A DNA stretch of 64,000 nucleotides, taken from the NCBI GenBank assembly GCA_977862235.1, contig OZ374559.1, positions 1,488,001 through 1,552,000 of the forward strand. The letters run 5' to 3'. Shown here piece after piece: positions 47,301-59,337 of this stretch (positions are counted from its first letter, which is position 1; the number at the start of each line of letters is the position of its first letter). The translations under genes were made by a program, and so were the position numbers. Under the pieces are notes generated by a model that was not told the origin of the DNA, searched no databases, and worked only from the letters and a program-made list of their open reading frames with translations. This DNA comes from Dudresnaya verticillata. Taxonomy: Eukaryota.

Positions 47301-50300
47301 CCGTGTCATCAGATTCGAATGAGCTGGGTTCTGATGGAGGTAGTGGAGGTGAAGAAGGTGTGTCAACTTCAATCGCATCCTCTTCATCCTCAAAGTTACC
47401 CAGCGACACATCGTCATCAGAGTCCGAGTTGAAAATAGAGGCCTCTGAGTTAGACTCGTAATCTTCATCCGAATCTTCCTCGTCGTGCCCATATTCCAAC
47501 AGGCTTGGAGCACCCGGGAATTTGGACTCGTCGAATGTGACATGCCGCGACTCAACCACACGAGGTATACCGTCACCGCCAGTGACCAATATCCTGTAGA
47601 TCCCATGCTCTAGAGTCTCCAAGTGCACCCCCTCAAGTGCACGAGACTCGAACTTGGATCCGCGTGGGAGCCTTAGGACATATGCAGCACATCCAAACAC
47701 TCTTAAATGTTTTAAATCAGGAACATCACCTGTCATGACCGAGTATGGCGTAGCCCCAACGGTTGAGTGTGGTACCCGATTGCGCACGTAGTTGACATGC
47801 TTCAGTGCAAACGGCCACAAACATCCCGGTAGATCAGCCTGGATCAGCAAAGTCAGGGCAGCTTCCACCATGGTTCGGTTCACCCTTTCCGCGATTCCAT
47901 TGAGCTCCGGAGTATAAGGTGGGGAGAAGGATTTGCCACTGTCTCCAACTCCTCCCAAATCTTTCTGCAAAGCCAAATACTCCTGAGCCCCGTCTGAGTG
48001 GAGTTTTGTTATTTCCGCTCCTCCAAGCTCGATAAACTTTGCTGAAGCTTGATCAAATGCTGCACTCAACATACGGCGACTTCTCATACATGCGACGACC
48101 AAGAAACGGGATTTATCATCCAGAAACGTCGTGGCATACCGGAAACGATCGGGAAAGGAGATCTGGATTGGACCAACAATGTCGGAATGCACGAGATCAC
48201 CGACAGCTTTGGCCGGGCGGAAGTGCCCTGGGAATGATTGTTTGTGTGCTTTCCCAAGTCTACAAGCCCGACACACTTCATGAGTGGAGCCCAACTCCGG
48301 AACACCCTCAACATGCTCGTGCACTTTGGCCAAGTCCCGAAAATTAATGTGGGCAAGACGTCGATGCCAGAGCTCAGTAGTTTGCTGCGTGCTGGGGACA
48401 GCCAGTACTTGCTCCTCCGAAGTGTGCGGCTCGGGTTCTGGTAGCATGTACATTCCAGAACTCGCATCGCGAATACCGGATCCAATATAGTACCCATCAG
48501 AGTCGAGTACCAAGCGCACGTCCAAGCGGCGAAAGTGGGATTCAATTCCTTTATCTGCCAAACGCCCAGTAGAGACAAGATTGTATCCCATCTGCGGGAT
48601 GAAGAGGGCCTTCTTGAGCCGAATATTGGCATGCTCAAACGGCAGAATCACATCTCCACATAGGTCTGAGGTGACAGACGACTTGTCCGCAAGCACTACA
48701 GTACGCTTTTCGCAGCGCGATACTGAGCTCGGTACAAAAGAAGTCATTGAGTGGAAGCAATGCACAGTTGCTCCACTGTCGGCATACGTTCCTTGGTCGT
48801 TCGGAGGAACAACAGTAGTCATCTCAACCGATGCACCGGCGATTTCTACCTTTGCAGATTTACCATTATTCTTACCAGATGCAGCTACCGCCGAGTTGGC
48901 GTTGCCCTTTTTGCCCTGGTTGGTGAACATCTGTCGCACCTTTGGAGGAAGCTTGTTGTTAGGATTTTCCGGATTTAGATAGCATCGATCCGCGGTGTGT
49001 CCATCCTTGTCGCAAACATCACAGTGAAGGTGCCGGTTCGGGGTGGAGTGAGCCTGCTTGGCGGACTTGAGTGCAACCGCCAACGCACGGACGGTGGATT
49101 CAATATCAGAAGAGTCATCGGAGTCGTCGTTGTCATCCAGCGGGTTGTGTTGCTGGCGAGAACCGGACGACGCGGACTTCTTTTTCTTCTTCCGACGACT
49201 CTTCGACTTACTGGATCTCCCACCTGCGTTTGATCCATGAGAATCTTTGGCGTTGTACTCATCGATCAGCGTGGTTGCGACGTAGTCCCAAGTCAGCTCA
49301 GCAGCATCTTTGGTGCGAAGAGCTGCAGCTGTTGACTCCAGGTGGCAGGACGGATCAATGGAAGCAAGCAGCATAGGTGCCTTATGTGTCTCCGGTATCG
49401 CCGAGTCGTTGCCCATGCGGTCGAGTTGGGCGAACAGTGACGTGTACTGGTCCACATAGTTGGACATATTCTGACCGGTGTACGTCATACGGAATAGCTT
49501 GGTCTGTACGGCGATACGGGATACGGTTCGACTGGACGCATAGCGCGAGTCCAATAGCTCCAGCATGCGTTTGGGGTCATCATCAACCTCCATAACGACA
49601 CGAAGCGGAGCATCACCAAGTGCGGAGATAATGATCCCGCAAGCCTTCTCACGTTTGGCCAAGGTTCTGGCGTGAAGAATGGAAGTATCCGCTGAGGCCT
49701 CTCCAGTTGACTGTGAGCTGCTCGGTGTGTCGTTTGAGGTGTGGACAACATTCCAAACCCCTTTGATGCGGCATGCGGCACGAAGGCGATGACGCCAGAG
49801 ACTGTAGTCGTCACCTCTCCTGCCGTGGAAACGGGGTATCTTGACCCCGCTCGAAGTATCCATCTCGGCTTCGGTATCAGTCATCGCTGTTGGGACTGAT
49901 GGTGAGAAGAGATAACTTGAATAGTTTTAGAAAACTTGGGGAACTTGGGGCAGTGCTGTTAGTGCAACAGTGTCGATGCCCAGAGGGTAATAGTCGTGTT
50001 AAGCAGAGCAGTGCAGCTCACACAACGAAGACGTGACGACGAAACTGAGAAATGTGTCGAACACGTCGGTAATATAATACAGTCACAAGCGGAGCACACT
50101 TTGCCAAGTAGCTCCCACGCTTGGAGTAATGAAACTCTCAGGTGATGATGGGATCACCTGGACTGAAGAAGAAAAGTTGAAACTTGAAGTTGAAAAGTTG
50201 ATTCTTGATAGTTGAACGTCTTTTTGACGCGGGATGTTCTGGCACCAGGTTCTACCTAGTCACCCCTAGGAGTCGGACTCCTGGCCCCCGGATATGATTC

Positions 50301-51853
50301 TCCGGGTGAAATGCGTCTTTCAGCAGCCCTTTCGTGTCGTGCGCACACAGACACGAAGTATGCAATCCTTACGAGACGTCCACCTTATGGGTACTAACTC
50401 AAAACGAGTGTTCACCACACGAACAGGTCCAGTCTCTTGCAGGAATGGAACTAGGCCCAACCGTGTCAAGGTTCTGGATCTTACTGGAGGCTGCTCCCCT
50501 AGGCCAACGAGGTCCTGACTTAACGAGAGTCACCACGCACAACACTCAACCTCTCAGCAAGCTCACGGACCAAGACAACAGCGGACGAGAGCCTCGAGAA
50601 CTCTCTCACAAAATCAGAGACACAAGCCAACACAGTGGGATAGGGACCACTTTCAACAGACAACAAGCAGACAGGACAGGACACAAGCCGACAGGACAGG
50701 ACACAAGCAGACAGGACAGGCCAGGACGGGACCGGACAGTATCAAGAATGAAAAGAAAAAGGAAGAAGGTTGCAGCGAAGCGATGAAGTCTGCGTAGGTC
50801 GACCTTCTGGGCCCATAACCTGTAAAGGAATATGGAGAGGTTGAAGTTGAACAAGATGAGAAATGGAAGTCGCTTGACTTCGTTTACTGCAGTCGACCAT
50901 CCGACATGGCTTATATCAGCTTTTCGGATGAGTTGCTGCGTGAACACAAACAAAACAAATCATTAAAGAAACGCCCAAAATCCCTATCATCAAATGGGCG
51001 GGAAAAAGTAAAGCAATTAAATCTACCAAATCATGCTCTCAGCACACTCACATCCGCCACCAAAATGGGCGGGAACTTGCACACCAGTGTTGCTAACTGC
51101 TGACATCAGCAATCCCTCTTGCGACCGCATTTCCTGCCATCCATATGTACTCCAACTTTGGGCGGGAACGTGAAAGTATCGAGTGTCCCCGCATGGCTGC
51201 TGTCGGACAACACTGCACACCACGTGGCCGCACTTACCAGCTCAAGTCCGTCCATGAATATCCAACTTGGATCATTGACCACGTAATCAACCAGATTTGC
51301 CTACGTGGCAGCTGTAAACCAACGTGTCGGCCGCACGACAGCTACGTGAAAACTGTAAACCAACGTGTCGGCCGCACGACAGCTACGTGCCAACTGTAAA
51401 CCAACGTGTCGGCCGCACGACAACTGCATCTGCTGATATCACAAGCCAGGCTCCACGTAGCGCAAGTCCCTGCAGTACCAACTCGGACGCCATCAGCACA
51501 TTGCATGGCACGTTCATATGTACTTGTGGAGTACAGTGCGCGTCATACCAGTACCATTCCATGCCATACCACGTGCATCCATGTGGTCCAATCAGATCGT
51601 TCCACTTGGCCGTTCCTGTTATAACCGCCAATTCCAGCACAACACTTGTAAGCCATATAGACCATGGAGGCGGTTTGTAACAACCAATCAGAAGCCCGTT
51701 TCACGTTGCTTTTGCAAAAGGCCTAAATGCGCCGTGATTTTGGAAGCCCGGAAAAAGGGCTGTCGTCTCCGGAAGGTTTGGTGACAGCGTGCCAGGGTGC
51801 CATCTGGGGTGCCTGACCCGTGACGTGAGGCGCCAGCGACCATGTCCTCAACA
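44301..51853 (-). mobile_element. Copia copy D: 5' LTR10 (50821-51853), PBS, polyprotein interrupted by a solo LTR, partial 3' LTR8 (44301-44529)
   Basis: ORF 49884-45913 resumes at 44879-44524 (CESEYY..EEEC). Confidence 0.96.
44880..45912 (-). repeat. Solo copia LTR9 inside the RNase H of copy D, 5-bp TSD AGTTG
   Basis: AGTTG at 44875-44879 and 45913-45917 flanks a full 1,033-bp LTR. Confidence 0.97.
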
Positions 51854-54800
51854 GACGGTATACCTCGTGTGGTTGAGTCGCGGCATGTCACATTCGACGA
51901 GTCCAAATTCCCGGGTGCTCCAAGCCTGTTGGAATATGGGCAGGACGAGGCAGATTCGGATGAAGATTACGAGTCTAACTCAGAGGCCTCTATTTTCAAC
52001 TCGGACTCTGATGACGATGTGTCGCTGGGTAACTTTGAGGATGAAGAGGATGCAATTGAAGTTGACACACCTTCTTCAGCTCCACTACCTCCATCAGAAC
52101 CCAGCTCATTCGAATCTGATGACACGGCTGAGGAAGAAAACGTCTCTGACAGTCCTCCGGCTGGTGTGAGTTCAGATCCAGAACGCCAGCAACAGAGTCG
52201 ATATCCTCGTCGCCAACGTCGCCAGACGTCGAAATGGTTTATGGCGAGCTCTGCACAAGCTGAACAACAGGTTGCCCTCACAACGGGAGATGAGCCCACT
52301 CTTCGAGAGGCCATGTCTGCCACTCCGGAGGAGCGCGGGTTGTGGCAATCTGCCATTGATGATGAGTTCGCATCCTTGGAATCCAAAGGCACTTGGGTCC
52401 GTGATGACAGTCCCGGTGCACAGCCGCTTCCAACGCACGCCGTGCTGAAAGTTAAACGCAAGTCCGACGGGACCGTCGAGCGCTTCAAAGCGCGGGTCGT
52501 CGCTGGTGGAAACTTCCAGACGTATGGTGAAGACTACATGGAAACATACGCCCCAGTTGTGTCGTTCTCGCTGGTGCGCATGTTCCTATACTTGGTACTG
52601 TGTTTGAACCTGTTTGTTGCACAGCTAGACGTGAAGACGGCTTTCCTGAATGGTGATCTGGCAGAACACGTGTGGGTAATGTCACCGCGTGGGATTCCTG
52701 GAAGGGAATCTCTCTGTTACAAACTTCTGAAAGCTATGTATGGGCTAAAACAGGCTCACCTAGCTTGGCACACCAAGCTGTGTGGTGACCTTGCTAGGAT
52801 GATGTTTGAGGAATTGCCAAGTGCACCTTGCGTGTTTCGTCGCAAATCCATGATCAATCCAAGTCTTCTGGATACGCATACATCTTGGTGTACGTTGATG
52901 ACTTGCTCATCCTCGCGCCCAGAAAGGCGGAGAGAGACGCCATTGTTAAGGAACTGCAGGGCCTCTACGATCTACGGCTGTCTGAAGGGGTTGACCTCTT
53001 CCTCGGAGTCGAGCTTGGATGGAAGCTAGACTCTGATGGCAGATTTGTGTCCCTCAAGATGACTCAACAGGTCTACACGGAAAGTGTTCTTCGTCGATTT
53101 GGACTTCAGAACTCTAAGCCGGCTTGTACGCCGATGGTTGAGTCTTTCTTCACTGGACTTGCCGCCGAAGAGGACAAGGCCGTCGTGTCGGTTGAGACGT
53201 ACCAGCAGATGATCGGGTCACTTCTGTACTTGGGGCTTCGCACAAGGCTGGACATTTTGGCCTCTGTGCTTATTCTCGCACGGTTCCAGAAGGCTCCAAC
53301 TGCGTACTGTCACCGCGGTGCAAAGAGGGTTCTGCGATATCTCCGAGGCACTCACAAGCATGGAGTTACGTACCAGTCTGGAAGCATTCGTATCCAAGCT
53401 TATGTGGACGCTGACTATGCCGGTGACACCACAGACCGAAAATCTATGTCTGGTTACATGGTGAAACTGGGAGATGCAGTGTGTATTTGGGGATCCAAGA
53501 AGCAGTCAACTGTTGCTCTCTCAACTTGCGAGTCGGAGTACTATGCAATGACTCTGGCTGCGAAAGAGACGGTTTGGGTCTCGCGAGTGCTGAAGGAGGC
53601 CGACTTGAACGTCGAAGGCCCCGTTCCATTGAGATCAGACAACCAGTCTGCCATCAATTGGGCTACTGGAGAACGCTGTCCATCTGGTCGTGCCAAGCAT
53701 ATCGACGTTCGTGTACACTTCATTCGCGAACTTGTCGCCAACTCTGTTCTGGAAGTGGTGTATGTGCCGTCAGAAGACAACGACGCGGACTTGCTGACAA
53801 AGCCACTCGGGACCACTTTGCTCAATAGGATTCTACCAAGGGTTGGACTTGGAGGAGCCATCGAGGAGGAGTGTTGAGGACATGGTCGCTGGCGCCTCAC
53901 GTCACGGGTCAGGCACCCCAGATGGCACCCTGGCACGCTGTCACCAAACCTTCCGGAGACGACAGCCCTTTTTCGGGGCTTCCAAAATCACGGCGCATTT
54001 AGGCCTTTTGCAAAAGCAACGTGAAACGGGCTTCTGATTGGTTGTTACAAACCGCCTCCATGGTCTATATGGCTTACAAGTGTTGTGCTGGAATTGGCGG
54101 TTATAACAGGAACGGCCAAGTGGAACGATCTGATTGGACCACATGGATGCACGTGGTATGGCATGGAATGGTGTTGGTATGACTCGCACTGTACTCCACA
54201 AGTACACATGAACCTGCCATGCAATGTGCTGATGGCGTCCGAGTTGGTACTGCAGGGACTTGCGCTACGTGGAGCCTGACTTGTGATATCAGCAGATGCA
54301 GTTGTCGTGCGGCCGACACGTTGGTTTACAGTTGCCACGTAGCTGTCGTGCGGCCGACACGTTGGTTTACAGTTATCACGTAGCTGTCGTGCGGCCGACA
54401 CGTTGGTTTACAGCTGCCACGTAGGCAAATCTGGGTGATTACGTGGTCAATGATCCAAGTTGGATATTCATGGACGGACTTGAGCTGGTAAGTGCGGCCA
54501 CGTGGTGTGCAGTGTTGTCCGACAGCAGCCATGCGGGGACACTCGATACTTTCACGTTCCCGCCCAAAGTTGGAGTACATATGGATGGCAGGAAATGCGG
54601 TCGCAAGAGGGATTGCTGATGTCAGCAGTTAGCAACACTGGTGTGCAAGTTCCCGCCCATTCTGGTGGCGGATGTGAGTGTGCTGAGAGCATGATTTGGT
54701 AGATTTAATTGCTTTACTTTTTCCCGCCCATTTGATGATAGGGATTTTGGGCGTTTCTTTAATGATTTGTTTTGTTTGTGTTCACGCAGCAACTCATCCG

Positions 54801-54904
54801 AAAAGCTGATATAAGCCATGTCGGATGATCGACTGCAGTAAACGAAGTCAAGCGACTTCCATTTCTCATCTTGTTCAACTTCAACCTCTCCATATTCCTT
54901 TTCA
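51854..54904 (+). mobile_element. Copia copy E: 3' half (INT C-terminus, RT, RH; frameshifted) plus 3' LTR11 (53872-54904)
   Basis: Starts at GACGG (DGIPRV); 11-bp insertion at ~52851; PPT GAGGAGGAG; right flank TTAAC. Confidence 0.96.
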
Positions 54905-55332
54905 TTAACGAACGGGATACACGAAGTCAGCCCGAATCGCGAGTTTTCGATGTTGATGGCGAACTTCACGGATAAGCCTCGAGCTCTACCGAAGGGAACC
55001 GTCATCGGATACGCAGATCGCAACCCGCTCGCGATTTTGACACCCGATCGCGAAGTCGCGGATTCGTTTGACAAGGTGCTCAACATCTCTACGCTACGTG
55101 AGCACGACGACTCGAGGTCACCCGAAGAATCCGTATCCACGACGAAAAACCGCTCACGAAGGGCGCTGCGACTGCAGCAGCCGAAACCAATTCGAATTCC
55201 CGCGATTGGGAAGAACGCGTAGACGTTTCGAACATACCCGAAGAAGCTATGCGAAACGAGGTCCTCGAGATGCTACGTAAGCACTAATCTATGTGGAACG
55301 GAGACCTCGGAACGATCCCAGCCATGGATCAT
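54905..55332 (+). pseudogene. Fragment of an older gypsy pol (protease-RT linker)
   Basis: LTNGIHEVSPNREFSMLMANFTDKPRALPKGTVIG resembles MANGIMDVVPNKPFRIWVSN at ~6926; ends with MWNGDLGTI. Confidence 0.75.
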
Positions 55333-56107
55333 TGTAGTATAGACGTCGGGTCGATCCGACGTCTAATACTTGCTGATCCGAAGCCGCCACACAGACCCGT
55401 CGATGGGTAGCTGTTGGGGTTGGTAGAGCGGCGTCGGCCGCGTGCGCCCCGCAGGTGCGGATCGACGGCGTCGATGCTGGAGCGCGCACGGGGCGTACCG
55501 TACGCGGGTGGGCAGCGGCCGGATCCCAGCGTCCCTGTCGAAGGGCGGCACGAAGCCGACGGAAAGGAAAAGGAAAGGGGAAAAGCCTAGCGAGGCAAGG
55601 GGAAAAAGGGAAAACCGCCCGCTGGCGTAAGGCAAAGGGATCGAACCCGAAAAGGCTGGGGGCAAGCTTCAGCTCGAGCTGTTGCTTGCCCGGTTTACTG
55701 AGCCGTCGATGGCAGACGGCCTTAAATACCCTACGCTATGTACAATACGGCTACTCTACAGTAGGTGCGCCCCACAACACCAACGCGGGAGGTGTGCGAG
55801 CGCGCGCCCATACACGTGTCGACACGTCCGGGTAACGGCTACCCGTGGGCGCGCGCGGGGCGTAACGGGCAGCGGCCTTCTCAACGGCTCGATGCCGGAG
55901 AGCGTCACTGGGGCGCGCCGTGTGCGGAACGGCGCGCGGCGGCTGCCGGCAGCAATGTGGTCGACCGCTACGAAAACAACGAAACAACTAAGGGCACGCT
56001 GCCCAACCCCGACTCGCCAGCGGGCGTCATCGTGTGCACCATTACAGTGTAGGGCTGCCAGCATACCTTACAGCCGCTGCTGATAGTGTGCTGACAGCTG
56101 TAATACA
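55333..56107 (-). repeat. 3' LTR of the chromovirus (775 bp)
   Basis: TGTAGTA...TAATACA terminal inverted repeat; adjacent PPT (TTGAGGGGGGGCCG on the minus strand); interrupts the gypsy fragment at 55332. Confidence 0.8.
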
Positions 56108-56426
56108 CGGCCCCCCCTCAAGCGTGAGCGTCCCGCTCACGGCCGTTGAGGTTTCCCGGGGCCACGATGGCGATCCCGAGTGGCCGTTGACAGTGATTGG
56201 CACGCGCGCCCGTCGACGGTGTATGCGCGTGCCCGCCCGTCTGGGCCGCTGCCCATATAAGGATTACCGCGCAGTCGGCGCAGGGGAGGTTGCCGGTATC
56301 GCTCGCCACGATCCCCCCTTTGCCCACACGCTCCAGCACACCAGTGACCGCTGTCGTGTGTGTGTGTCGTGTTCCGCTACCTCCGCCCCCTTTGCTTCGA
56401 CGCGATTGCCCACGTCGACGTGCGGT

Positions 56427-59337
56427 ATGGCTAGGACGCGCTCATCTGCCACTCGGGGCGCCACTGAAGAAGGGGCGCCCGCAACCACGCTGCCGCCGGC
56501 CGTTGGTGCGCCATCGACGGCTGCACCGGCGGAACCGGTGGCGGATGCCTAGCAACCCCAGGCGCAGGATGCGCCTGGGGAAAGCGCCGCTGCGCCACCA
56601 CGCTCACCGCCCGCTGCGGTGGCGGCTTTGGTGCCCACTGGCCTCGCTGCCGCTGCGGTGGCTGGGGCCGGCGCCGCTGCGCATACCGGTCCACCAGCTG
56701 CCGACAAAGTTGGAACGGGCGCCGCTTCGCCCGCCAAGACATCGGAGATGCGTCTCGCAGCTGCGGTTGACACGTCTCCTGCCGAAGTACCCCCGGAGCC
56801 AGCAGCCGCTGCGCTAGCTCGGGGCAAAGCGACCCGACCTCTGCCGAGCTACGGGAAGATCGAGGTGGCCACCCAAGACACGCTGCTGCAAAGATTGGGA
56901 GGCCTGGACCGGAGTGGAGCGGCCGCTGCCGCTCCATGCCCAGAGGAGACGGCTCCGGTCGCTGTGCCCTTCACTGCTCCGCGCGTCGATGCGCCACCCG
57001 TGGCTCGTGCCCTTGACCTGACGGGGTCATCGACGGCCTCCGCGTCAAGAGGCAGCAGGATACCGCCTGCTGCGGCTCCATTTGTGCCCCGCCGGGGCCT
57101 TAGCGCATCGGCGCAAGGCGACCCCGGTGCAAGGCGTCGAGCGCCCCTGGCACAAGCATGGCCGCTGCCATCGAGTTGTCATCGGCCGCTGCCGTGGCTC
57201 CCCCTCTGCCGGTTAGCACCATGCGAGGGGTGTCTCTGACTATTGGGCCCCAGCGACTCGGTGTCGCGGTGCCCAATGCAGATGCATTGCCTCCCATTGT
57301 CTTCGCGTGGGAGGCACCGCGCCACCAGATCCCGCTGGACCAGTGGCGGCGGTTGCCCGTGCAAAGGATTGACGTCCAACATCTCCTGCGCGTTGCAGAT
57401 GCGGGCGATGATGGCGGGGCCGCTGCCTACAACGCCTTCATGCCCGCAACGCCGGTATGGCTCGTACCGAACGGCCTACCGTGTGACGTCTCGTTGGCCA
57501 CCACGATCAAGCAGCTGCTGATCGTGGATAAGGGTGCCGAAACCCTTTTTCTGAAACCCGTCGATGGGTTCCACAAGCCCCTCGCGGCCTCGTTGGCCTG
57601 GCTGAGGGACGTCCCCATCGAGGAGACGCCGGAGGAGGCGCGAGGTCTGGCCGATACCGACTGCGTGCGCCGCCTCCTCGGAGTGTGTATGGGGGAGCGG
57701 GACTGGGCGACCTGCCGCGCCCCCGGTGATGGACGCATCACCACGGGTGCAAGCTTGCACCCGGCGCTCGACGCGTCGTGTTTTCCCTCCGCGGAGTGGT
57801 ATTCCCACTGGGACGTGCCCGCTGGCATGATCGTCCCGTGGCCCAGCATCGAGCGGTATTTCCACTACACCACGGCGGGGAATGAGGCAGTTCGTCGAGA
57901 GCTCCTCGCTAGGCGCTCCGACGAGTATGTCTTAGAGGTGGGGCTTCGCTACGCCTCCGAGATCCTATCGAAGGAAATTTGCTGGGTCCTCGACGACCGC
58001 ATCTTGGTGTACCTCGATGTCCTGTGGCGTAGCAGGCGCCCGGGATTTCCACGCCTCCGAGGCGCGGCCGGCCCGGACAACACATCGGTGACGTTCGAGT
58101 TCAAGCAGCTGCTGAACACGACGAGCTTTGTGGCCGCTGCCAGAGAGAAGCACACCCGTCGCCGCCACTTTGCAACACGCGTCGATGCGTTCATTTGCGG
58201 GGTCAACCCGGTGGCGGGGACCTTTCACAAGATCCAACGCGCTCGCGCGCCGCGGAAGGATCGTGGATACCCCTCGATAGCGGACATGGCCCGAGTCGAG
58301 CGGGCCGCTAGGCCGCGCGCCCGTCGGGGCATAGGTGGGGCATCCAAGTCGGCCGCTGCCGTTATGGCCTCGGAGGCCGGGCCCTACTTACCACCGGTGC
58401 CACGCGTCGCGGCACCGGCACCCCGAGCTGTGGCACCACCTCCCCCGGCCGCTGCCATGAGTGGAGGTCAGGAGCAGCAGGCAGCGGTCGATCCACTGCC
58501 CGCTGCTTATACGCCGTCGAGGCAGGCGGTGAGATATGGCCCACCGCCGTCGATGGCGGTGGCCGCTTATGTGCCGCCGCCAAAACCGATGCGCTCGACG
58601 CGCCGGCGGCGGCGAGCCTCTGGAGTGACCAAAACGTACGCCGCGCCGCTGCGCTGGTACAGTTGGGTGAGGACGCGCCGCTGCGCACTCTTGTTGCTGC
58701 CTTTGTGGCCCATCTAGCGGGGACGCATGACGATCTCGCCGCTGCGAACGCCATTGCCCTCCGCTACCGCACCGAGCGGGACAGGTTTGCGCACGATGCG
58801 CAACGACTGCAGGGGGAGCTGAGGCGCGCTACCCGCTCGTCCCCAGTCGTTGGATGCCTCGGCAAGCGGTCACGAGAGGAGTACCGGCCGCCCCCAACGC
58901 TGGCGCCGACGCAGCAGCCGATGCCGTCGTATGCGCCAGCGCAGGCTGCGCAGCAACCGATGCTGCCTTATGCCGTCGGGCCCGCTGGCCATATGCTCCC
59001 ATGGGGGGCCTCCGGCTACACCCCGTCGATGGTGTTGCAGGGCGGTGGAGTCCCACAGTAGCCGGGCGCCGCTGCGCCCGTCCCCCCGGGCTACGTGCCG
59101 CAGCGGTATGGTCCCCCAGTGGGGCAAGTGAGCCCTGCTGGGTTAGCGGCCGCTGGCGCCGCTGCGGTGTACCACGCGCCGGGTACCGCGGCGGGCGCTG
59201 TTGCGCCAACTCAGCCGCACGCTGCGGCCGAGGTGACCGGCTATGACCCCTCCGCCCCTGGCTTTGCGTCGTCGACGACTGCTCAGCCGGAGCGGGGGCC
59301 GGGGGCAACGCTGCCCAATAATGCGATCATGGCATAG
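56427..59337 (+). pseudogene. Decayed antisense accessory ORF (~970 codons) of unknown function within the chromovirus
   Basis: ATG at 56427 (MARTRSS) below a TATAA at 56256; in-frame stop at 56550-56552; overlapping pieces 56619-57239, 57158-58717, 58663-59061 and 59095-59337. Ala/Pro-rich ends surround a Trp-rich globular-looking core. Confidence 0.6.
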
